DNA of 62,985 nucleotides, the filler included, from Folioceros fuciformis (taxonomy: Eukaryota): assembly GCA_049999805.1 (NCBI GenBank). It is 4 parts of 3 records of this genome, joined end to end, with 100 filler letters (N's around TTAATTAATTAA, not from the genome) between each part and the next. Parts side by side here need not be neighbours in the genome. Positions count along the whole stretch, not along the records: positions 49,860 to 57,005 come from JBNGIO010006367.1; positions 57,106 to 62,985 come from JBNGIO010006372.1; 2 more parts are not named here. One strand, 5' to 3'. Shown piece by piece: positions 50,264 to 60,100 of the stretch. Every line of letters starts with the position of its first letter. The first letter of the stretch is position 1. Under the pieces are notes generated by a model, which saw only the letters and a list, made by a program, of their open reading frames with translations, was not told where the DNA came from and did no database searches. A program made the translations under genes and the position numbers.

Positions 50264-50734
50264 ATGGAAGAAAATGGCATAAACAGCAATCCTGTTGCCT
50301 GGCTCGTATTGTCACTGCTGCTGCTAGAAGTCACGATCTTCACATTGCTTGCTGCGCCGTCGATTGTTGGCTGCTTCATCACCATGCCGCGGGCTATTAG
50401 ACATGGGTTATCCAGCCAAAGGTGCCCGCAAAGGAGGGATCTGGAAGAAGGATCTCAGGGTTCCAACAGACCCGAACCAGCGCGGAAGCTTTGGCCTACC
50501 ACTGCTCACAGGCGCACGCTGCTCAACCTAGCTAGGGCCGACGCTGAGTGCGAGGAACTGGGCAGACTGCTGGAGGAGGCCCAGGCACAAACTGCTCGAC
50601 TGAGGCAACAAGCTGAAGCTGGTGTGGAAACTAGGGACGATGACAGAGAGCTAACAGTGGAGGAGTACAGAGAGATGTTGAACGAGTTGGCTGCCCAAGG
50701 CTTGTACAATCCGCAGAAGGGAAAGGACACATAA
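50264..50734 (+). CDS. Copia-2 antisense ORF: N-terminal transmembrane helix plus coiled coil, 156 aa (partial second copy at 56680-57005)
   Basis: ATG start; PVAWLVLSLLLLEVTIFTLLAAPSIVGCFI, then RRTLLNLARADAECEELGRLLEEAQAQTARLRQQAE; lies between pol and the PPT. Confidence 0.6.
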   Translation: MEENGINSNPVAWLVLSLLLLEVTIFTLLAAPSIVGCFITMPRAIRHGLSSQRCPQRRDLEEGSQGSNRPEPARKLWPTTAHRRTLLNLARADAECEELGRLLEEAQAQTARLRQQAEAGVETRDDDRELTVEEYREMLNELAAQGLYNPQKGKDT

Positions 50735-51066
50735 CTCAAAAAAAAGTAAGAACTGTCTCCATGCCACAGGATTAGAACAGAGTGTTGCTTCATCCACTGA
50801 GGACACAAAGTGATGGCTGGGCTTGGCTAACCGAACTCCCACTGCAGGTGAACAGAGTCCTCAAGCTGGAAACGTGAGGACGTAGGAAGGCTAAGTCTGT
50901 TGCAAACTCTGTGGGTTTGCCCACCATGTAAGCACGCAATCATGCAGTAAAGCACTTGCTGAAATCTATGTGACCTGAAACCTCTACATGCGATTAATGT
51001 TTGTGTTTGGGCAGAGGTTTAGTGTTTTGGTTTCCAAAAACCAACAGGTTAGGTGTCACCTTGGAT

Positions 51067-54000
51067 TTACTTCACTCCTGTTCCTGGCAGTAAGTAGCTG
51101 AAATCTTGTATGCCAAGAGAATCCATGTGTTGTGAGTGCTTGAACTTTGGCAGAGCCTTCGTCATAATGTCTGCTACATTATCAGCAGTAGGGATATACT
51201 TGAATTGAATCACTCCTCGTGCTACTGTATCTCTAACATAGTGATGCTTAATTTCTATGTGCTTTGTCCGCGCATGAAAGCAGGGATTGGCCACGAGAGC
51301 AATTGCAGAGTTGTTGTCGCAATAGACAGTTGTTGGCTCAAGCTGCTCTAGATGAAGATCCTTGAGATAAGACCTCTCCCACTCAGCTTCTTTTGCTGTA
51401 TCTATCAGTGACATATATTCAGCCTCTGTTGATGATAATGCTATTGACGTTTGTTTCTTGCAGGACCAATTAACAGCTCCTCCAGCTAATAAGAAACAGT
51501 ATGTTGATAGGCTTTTACGTGAGTCAATATCAGAGGCCCAGTGTGCATCTGTATATGCAGAAAGAGATAGCCCAGAGGGGAGACCAGCTTGATAGAAAAT
51601 GCCATAGTGCATGGTGCCTTTCAAGTAGCGATATATGCCCTTCAGTGTTGCCCAATGAGCGCGGCCTGGTTTCTCCAGGAATTGTGAAACACTGCTGACG
51701 GAGAAGGCAATATCTGGCCGTGTCCAATTCGATATGAAAATCAGGCATCCAACAGCGTGTCTATAAGGTACCTTTTCCATATCAGAGATTTCCTCAGCAA
51801 TAGAAGCACATTGGTCGGCTATCAATTTTACTCCCACAGAACCTGGAGTGCTGACGGGTCTTGCTTGATCAAGCTGGAAACGCTTGAGGATTTCTGTTAG
51901 GTACTTTTTTTGGTGGATAACAATTAAACCCTTCTCTCTGTTGCGCAGAACTTGTACACCAAGACAGAACTGTAAGGCTCCCACATCCTTCATCACAAAC
52001 TTGGCTTGCAGGAGGTCCTTGACCTTGTCTAGAATAAAGGTGTTGGTGCAAGCAAAGATACAATCGTCAACGTACACAGCAAGGATACAAAATGCGGAGC
52101 CATCAACTAAGTAATACACAGATGAGTCAGCTGCACTTTGCACAAAACCTAGGGCCTTTAATTCTGCATCCAGTTTCTCGTTCCATAGCATAGCGCTTTG
52201 TTTAAGCCCGTATAAGGCTTTGAGCAACCTAAGTACCTTGTTAGGATAGCACTTGTCCACATAGCCTTGTGGCTGCTCTCCATGTATATTTCCTCCTTGA
52301 TCTCTCCATGCAAAAATGCTGTGCATACATCCATTTGATGTAGTTCCAGATTGAATTCGGCTGCAATGGCTAACAACATCCTTATGGACTGTGCCCTGAC
52401 GACAGGGGAGAAGGTCTCCTGGTAGTCCAAACCAGGAACCTGGGTAAAGCCCCGAGCACAAAGCCTGGCTTTGTACCTGACGATCTCGCCTTCAGCGTTC
52501 AATTTGGCCTTGAAAACCCATTTGCATGTAACAGCCTTCCGTCCGGGTGGCAAGTCTGTAAGTTCCCATGTCTTGTTTTTTAAAATAGAGTGGTATTCCT
52601 CCTCAACTGCAGCTTGCCATTTTTCTGCATCTGGACCAGCATAAGCAGCATCCATGGAAACAGGATCTAACAGCAGAGAGGAACTACCAGCAGTGGCAGC
52701 ACATGCAGATGGCCGAAAGTCATGGGATTCATAAGGAGGCTCAGCCCACTGTGAGCGAGGAAGACGAGAACGAGGTGGGTTACGTCTAGGAGGGACTATG
52801 ACGTAAGGGTCCTCCTCTGCGACTGGTGGGACGGGATCAACATCTGGCAGAGGGTGAACTTCAGGGGCTATGATGGGGTCAACATCCTGAACTGCAAAAT
52901 CTGTGTCATCTAGGGGATCCGGCAGGGCAGGATCAGCATCTGCAGGAGGATCATGAAGCTGATTGTTAACGGGAACTTGTGGATTAGCTGCAGGTGGATT
53001 TACAGGTACAACTGTAGGTTGCTGGATAGCAGGGACTGGACCTTGTGGAAACTGAATAGGTTGAGCATCAAAACCAATCAGATTAGGAGTGAAGTCTGCA
53101 TCATCTGAGGATTCAGAGTCTGTGTCAGCATGTACACCAGATTTGTTCGAAGAACCAGAATCTAATAGCTCTTTAAAAACAACACTGCGGGCTAAAACTA
53201 GAGCAGAGGTAAGTGGGTCAATCAGTTTATAAGCTTTTGCCTCCTCACTATACCCAATGAAAATTAAAGCTCTAGACCTGTCATCTAATTTTTGACGTTT
53301 GGCTTGTGGAATATAGGCAAAAGCTGGAGATCCAAAAACCCTGAGGTGAAGAATGCTCGGCTTACGGCCCCATATCATCTCATAAGGAGTCTTCCTTTGA
53401 AGAGAGCTGGTAAGAAGGCGGTTGAGAATGTATGTTGAAGTCACCAACGCCTCAGCCCAGTACTCTGCTGGTAAGCCAGCCCAGCTAAGCATACTCCTTG
53501 TCATGCCCATAAGTGTTTGATTTTTACGCTCCGCGACACCGTTTTGTTGTGGTGTGTAGGGAACGGTGAGCTGCCGAAGGATGCCTTGATCTTGAAGATA
53601 CTGATCAAATTGAGTGTTACAAAATTCTGTCCCATTGTCCGTGCGAATGCACTTGAGAAAACAGCCTGTCTACTTTTTTGCCATGGGCAGCCACTCCTGG
53701 AAACAGCTGAATGTGTCACTTTTCCTTGCAATTGGATATGTCCAAGTATAACGGCTAAAATCGTCGGTGATGGTCAGGTAATAGGAAGAGCCGCCAATGG
53801 ACTTAGTCTGCAACTTGCCAGAGATGTCAGAATGTATGAGATCAAGGACTGCTGAAGAACGAAAACTTGAATGCGGGAAAGGCTTCTCCCGCTATTTGGC
53901 CAACAAGCAGGCTTCACAAATCGGTAAGTCCTTGAAACAAGAGGGTAAAGATTCAGCGTAACAGTCTTCTGTAGACATCTTGACTAAAGTGTTTTTGTTG

Positions 54001-55514
54001 ACATGGCCGAGCCGAGCATGCCACAATTTAGCTTGTTCAGTTGCTGGAAGGTAGGCAAGAGTGGTTGCTGCAGCAACAGGCCCTGAGGTTGAAGCCTCAC
54101 ACAGCACATCCAGTCGATAGAGATCATAATCGGGAATGCCTCGACCAATGCATTGTGTAGCAGAGGCACGCCTGAAAATTTCACAAGTGGTGCCAAAGAA
54201 ACGAAACTCGAGGTTGAAATGTTGGGCAAGGAGTTTTACAGAAAGGAGATTTTTCGCCATTCCCGGCACATATAGAATTCCTGGAACATGCAAGACTGAG
54301 TTGTTAGTCATAATAAAACGGCAAGTACCATATCCCTTAATTGGTAAGCTTGTCGATTTTTGCTCGTCTCCAAGAAGAACTGATTGAGTAGAATTGTGAA
54401 TCTCCTTATAGTTGCTAAATAAATGCTTGTTCTTGCAGATATGCACAGTGGCGCCAGAATCCAAAAATCAGCTGCCAGGATCACTTGATGAAGAGGAAAG
54501 ACAGATGGTATATAGCTTAACCACAGCTTTGCCTCCTTCAGTCAAAGGTCTCTCCTTGGCAATAGAATTCACCTCTGGTTTAGGTCGACGAGGCTCGCCT
54601 GCCTTCTTGCGGCGATAGTCTCTCTCCCAGTGACCTGGTGTGTGGCACCAATTGCAGCTACCAGGTTTCTTTGTACTCGTGGAAGAGGATCCAGCAGTGG
54701 AGGTTTGGCTATTTTGTCGGCCTCTACCTCCTCTGCCTCTCCCCCTCCCAAAACCTCCATGCTGAGCAGAGGTATAAAGGACCCTGTTGGTTCGTAACTT
54801 TCCAGAACCGCTGGGGTTGAGTCGAAACCGGCTCTGCTCCTCTTGAAAGAGGGCAGCAATAACACTCTCAAGAGTGATGCCTGCTGCTTGACCAGCTGTC
54901 ACATTCTGGCCAGCAATAGCGAAAGGTCCATTCTGAAGGGAGACAAATGTTTGATATGATGCAGGCAAGGTGAGAAGAAAACGTACAATGGCATCCTCCT
55001 CAGACATCGTAGAGTTCAACTGAGCAAGGCGGGAGCGAAGGTAACGGAATTTGCTTGTGTGGGCAGCCACACTGTCACCCTCCCGCATCTTCAGAGTGTA
55101 GAACTCATGCATAGCTGCAGATTTTGAAAGCATTGTCTTCACGGCATATGTACCAGTAAGCTGATCCCATATGTCTTTTGCCTGCGTCAGGGACTCGACG
55201 TTAGGAATGATAACTTCATCTAACCCGTAGATAATGATGGCAACAGCCACACTGTTCAACGCATTCCACTTGTCGACATCAGCCTGAGTAACAGCAGTAG
55301 CTCCAGCTGGAGTAGCAGCTCTAGCAGCTGGAAGAACGGGTTCTGGATAGGTACCATCTACCACTGTCCAAACACCTCTAGCTCTTAGTGTAGTTTGCAT
55401 GCGAACACGCCAAATTTCAAAGTTTGTACCATTGAACCTATCTTTATCCTTGATTTCTGATGTGAAGGTTGGCGTGGCTGCCATGACTACTGGACTATAT
55501 GCAAGAGTTGACAT
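51067..55514 (-). pseudogene. Copia-2 gag-pol with three in-frame stops (54468, 53892, 53670) and one frameshift (~52280)
   Basis: DRFNGTNFEIW, CNWCHTPGHWERD, FLDSGAT, LWHARLGH, IRTDNG, QQNGVAER, QMDVCTAFL, VYVDD, EAEY, CDNNSAI, ADIMTK. Confidence 0.95.
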
Positions 55515-55756
55515 ACATGCTTGCCAAAACCCAAGGCTGAACAGGTCTGAACAGGTAAACAGTTACAGATCTAAAAAGTTTTTTTTTTTAGGGTTTCTAA
55601 TTCAGCAGAAAACTTAAGCTAACCTGCTGACTTTCTATCTAGGGCTTGTGAGATCAGAAAAACGGTTAATAACCGCCTGTCATGTGGCAGCGGAAGGTTC
55701 ATATGAAAAAGGCCTCTACAACGCAAGATCCCTAGACAAGAACAGAGGATATCAAA

Positions 55757-56305
55757 TCAATCGAAGTGCTCCTCATTAGAGGAGCGAAGGGTCTTGTTCA
55801 AGATCTGTAATTGCCTGGTCAGTCTGCCAACTTCTGAAGAAAACTTGGTGACAATTGTGTGGATTTTCAGATCTGTTGAGTCTAGCCGTTTGGAAAAGGA
55901 CTCCTGACGCTGAACTGCAGCATTCAATGTACCCTCCAGGTCTTGTAGCCTGGGCTGAAAATCCAGAAATGTGTCTGATGAGGTACTGGTGGTCTTCGTG
56001 CAGGATTGTAGGGGTAAGGTAGGACGTCTCAAGAATGGTCTGCCAGCAGATTGATCTGAATTGAAAACTCTGCCACAAGTATCACAAGATTTGAATGTAG
56101 CAGATTTCTTTGTTGAACGCCTAGAATCACAGCGATTCTGACAATTCCGATAATTCTCCAAAATTCTGAGATCACGTTCTGCCTTAGATTCAGCCTCAAA
56201 CCAAGGGACGCTTGAAGGGGCAGATACTCTGCCAATAGGTCGTGAGAAAGCTTTAACAAAACCTCCTCTACCTCCAGCTCCAGAGTTAGATCTGTTCCTC
56301 GGCAT
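55757..56305 (-). CDS. Copia-2 extra ORF upstream of gag, 182 aa (basic/Gly N-terminus, Cys pairs, C-terminal coiled coil)
   Basis: AAAATG about 30 nt after the PBS; MPRNRSNSGAGGRGG..CQNRC..CDTC..RLQDLEGTLNAAVQRQESFSKRLDSTDLKI..VGRLTRQLQILNKTL. Confidence 0.55.
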   Translation of the reverse strand: MPRNRSNSGAGGRGGFVKAFSRPIGRVSAPSSVPWFEAESKAERDLRILENYRNCQNRCDSRRSTKKSATFKSCDTCGRVFNSDQSAGRPFLRRPTLPLQSCTKTTSTSSDTFLDFQPRLQDLEGTLNAAVQRQESFSKRLDSTDLKIHTIVTKFSSEVGRLTRQLQILNKTLRSSNEEHFD

Positions 56306-57005
56306 TTTCCCTATAATAAAATCACCAGCGTATGGTGCTCTGATACCATAACTAAAATATAGCACGCTGGTATAACATCAAGATAGCTTGACATTCTGTG
56401 CATACAGCACAAAGGGGGCACGAAGTTGACCAGCACACGAAAACGTTGAGCAAGAAGAATGATGATATATATTAACAATTAATGAAGATGTATTTATACT
56501 AAATGTAGTCTATTAACCCTAAATAATATGACCTAAAGGTAAGTAGGGATATTTAACCGTCGGGGTTATTAATCCAACACTCCCACTTAATCTCGACGGG
56601 TTAAAATCAGGGAAATCCACTTATCCAAACATTTTTTTTTTTTTTTTTTTTTTTTTTTATTCCCGTTCCGCAATCCAGAATGGAAGAAAATGGCATAAAC
56701 AGCAATCCTGTTGCCTGGCTCGTATTGTCACTGCTGCTGCTAGAAGTCACGATCTTCACATTGCTTGCTGCGCCGTCGATTGTTGGCTGCTTCATCACCA
56801 TGCCGCGGGCTATTAGACATGGGTTATCCAGCCAAAGGTGCCCGCAAAGGAGGGATCTGGAAGAAGGATCTCAGGGTTCCAACAGACCCGAACCAGCGCG
56901 GAAGCTTTGGCCTACCACTGCTCACAGGCGCACGCTGCTCAACCTAGCTAGGGCCGACGCTGAGTGCGAGGAACTGGGCAGACTGCTGGAGGAGGCCCAG
57001 GCACA

Positions 57006-57105
57006 NNNNNNNNNNNNNNNNNNNNNNNNNNNNNNNNNNNNNNNNNNNNTTAATTAATTAANNNNNNNNNNNNNNNNNNNNNNNNNNNNNNNNNNNNNNN
57101 NNNNN
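57006..57105. other. Artificial contig linker
   Basis: N run + TTAATTAATTAA + N run. Confidence 0.98.
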
Positions 57106-60100
57106 GTTAACTAACCTAATGACTGGACCTATTTAAGTTATTTACTGTTTCACTCCCACTCAGGAGTTAGGCTAGTTATATAGTTTTAATAACTATCCTA
57201 AAGCATGCGTTCTAAGAAACTTCACCTAAACAAAAACTTCTAAGAAACTTGACGCTAAAAAAAGAACGTTATCCTCTTCAACGGGACCCTAAAAATCAAA
57301 AAAAGTCTTCAGTCTTCTCCTTCGCTGTCGCGTCCGTCCAAGTCGCCGCCGCCGTGTGTGGCTGAGCTTTGCGAGCTGCCTGCCGGGCATGGCTTCGCCC
57401 TACCTGCCGGCAACGCCCGCGTGAAGGTGCCGCCGCCTGCTTGTGATGACCGCCCGATGCTGCCGCCAGCTGGAGATCGCCGCACGACGCCGCCGCCTGA
57501 TGGAGATGGCCGCCCGACTCCATTTCTAGCTGCTGCCAGTTCTGTTGAGCTGGATTCGCCATCGCCAGGTGAGCTTGAACCGGGGGCGGATGCGCCAGCT
57601 GTGCGCGAGCTAGGAATGTCCACGCCAGCTGCTGATCCACTCCAGATTGACTTACCTGATGCTGACCGCAATCCCATGCCGAAAGCGTGCTGTTGATGCT
57701 TGGCCTTGCTCAAGGCCTTAGTTAGAACATCTGCCGTCATCAGATCTATAGGGCAGTAGACAACTTGAACCATTCCGCTTGCAACTTGTTCTCTAATAAA
57801 GTGATGCTGTACCTCCAGGTGTTTGGTTCGAGCATGGAAGCGAGGATTCTCAGATAGTGCTATGGCACTTTGATTATCGCACATCAACCTCAGAGGTAAC
57901 TGCTGTGGAGCTCCCAACTCTGCGAGTGCTCCCACTGCCCATATAACTTCCTTACAAGCTTCAGTTAGGGATTTGTATTCAGCCTCCGTGGAGGATAGGG
58001 CCACTGTTGGCTGACGTTTGCTGCACCAGGAAATTGCACTGCCAGCTAAAAGGAATACATAACTGGAAATGGAGCGTCTACTGTCCTGGTTCCCTGCCCA
58101 ATCAGCGTCGCTGAAGGCTGTAAGAGTAAGAGCTTCAGGTGCATCAGCACTGTAGAGTAAGCCCCAGTCCTCAGTGGCCTTTATATACCTGAACAGCCTT
58201 CGCATGGCATGCCAATGAGCCATTGCTGGATTTGCTAGAAATTGTGATAGCATGCCAACAGTAAATGCAAGGTCTGGACGGGTTCCAAGCATGAGATACA
58301 TCACGCTGCCACTGAGGGATGCATATGGGAACTCAGCCATGAGGTATTCTTCTTCAGCAGTGAGTTCAGCTTCTCCCACTTCTGCCTTATATTTCACATT
58401 CTGCTCAAGCGGGGTTGAGACTGGTTTACAGTCAGTCATTTTAAATCGTGCTAGGATTTGTCTGATGTACTTACTCTGATGCATAAAGATTCTTTGTCTC
58501 TTTCTATCTCTATTTATCTGCATGCCCAGGCAGAAGGCGAGGGCTCCGGCATCCGTCATCCTGAATTCTGACCGCAGCTGGTCTTTCAACTCTTCAATCA
58601 TGCTCCAGCTGTTAGACATAATTATGATATCATCTACGTAGATGGCCAGGGCCAAAAAATTCTTTCCTTTGCCTCTTTTGATGTAGACATTGCTATCAGC
58701 ATGCAATGGCATGTAGCCATGTGAGACTAGAAAATTATGGATGCGTGCAAACCATGCACGTGGACTTTGCTTGAGTCCGTAGAGTGTTTTCTTCAATTTG
58801 CAGACATACTGATGTTTGTCATCTTGTGCTATAAGGCCAGCTGGAGGTTCCATGTATATTTCTTCATTCAGCTGACCATACAAGAAGGCCGTTGTCACAT
58901 CCAGTTGTTCTAATTCGTAGTCGTGGACTGCTGACAAGGCCAGGAAGAGTCTAAGTGTACTCATCTTCACTACCGGACTAAAGGTGTCCGTGTAGTCTAC
59001 TCCAGCAACTTGGGAGTAGCCTTTGGCTACTACTCTGCCCTTGTAACGTTCTATGCTTCCATCAGATTTCAGTTTAACCTTGAAAACCCATTTGCTGCCC
59101 ACAGCTTTCCTTCCGGGTGGCAGCTGAGTAAGTTGCCAGGTTTCATTCTCCTTGAGGGAATTCAACTCCGATGCAATGGCCTTCCTCCAATGATCAGCAT
59201 CTGGACATGAGAGGGCTTCCTCATACGTTTGAGGCTCAAAATGCTCTGCAGATGCTGCCAAACAGTAAGTCAAGTTTGACTTGGAATGATCTGCCTTTTT
59301 AGGATGCCTCCAATCATGGACCTTGTAAAGGTCAATCTTCCCTGCAGTGGACCTCACAGGTCTCTCCCTTGGTGGAGTTGGAAAACTAACAATCTTTTTC
59401 TTCTTGCGCTGCAGAATTCCAGGATTGGACACATTTTGATAGCTTGAAGGTGTAGCAAACAAGTCCCCAGGTGAGACCACTCCTTCCATATCGAAATCGC
59501 CAAATATTATGGGCTCATCCTCACTCTGCGATGGCCTGATTGGTGTTTGAATGCTTGGCGTGGAAGGTATTTGTTGTACAGCTGGTACTACTACTGGTGG
59601 GATTGGTGCTGGTGCTGCAGGCACTGGGTCTGCTAGCACATAAGAGTCTTCTTCTTGCTCTTCGTCTGACCCTTGAGGTGAGTCAGGGACAGCAACTCCC
59701 ACTGAGTCATGTGACTCAACGCCTTCTACAAAAATAACATCTCTTGAGTGCATTACTCTTTTGGTACGTCTGTCTATTACCTTGTACCCTTTTATGCCAT
59801 TTGTGAATCCAATGAATATGCATGAGGTTGACTTAGGCTCAAACTTCTTTCTCAGGTCCTTGTGTACATGCACATACACTGGAGCTCCAAACACTCTCAT
59901 GTGGGAAATGTCAGGTTTTACTCCAGTCCACACTTCAAATGGTGTTTTGCCTTGTACAGCTGAATGCTCTATCCGGTTTTGAATGTAAGTAGCATACGCG
60001 ACTGCCTCAGCCCAATAACATTTGGGAAGTTTCGCATATGACAGCATGCTAGATGCTGAAGTTTCCAAGGCCTTGTTTTTATTTTCTGCAACTCCGTTTT

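Larger units (their letters stand above)
49933..56579 (-). mobile_element. Ty1/Copia element (Copia-2), related to Copia-1, in circularly permuted or tandem arrangement
   Basis: Identical 231-bp LTRs at 49933-50163 and 56349-56579. PBS TGGTATCAGAGCACC at 49918-49932 and 56334-56348. PPT AAGTGGGAG at 50164-50172 and 56580-56588. Confidence 0.95.

Noticed and set aside
24677-57061. Recurrent TTAATTAATTAA motif, and ORFs ending in LIN or running through X
   Set aside because: Artificial six-frame-stop linkers between contigs; gene neighbourhoods across them carry no meaning.
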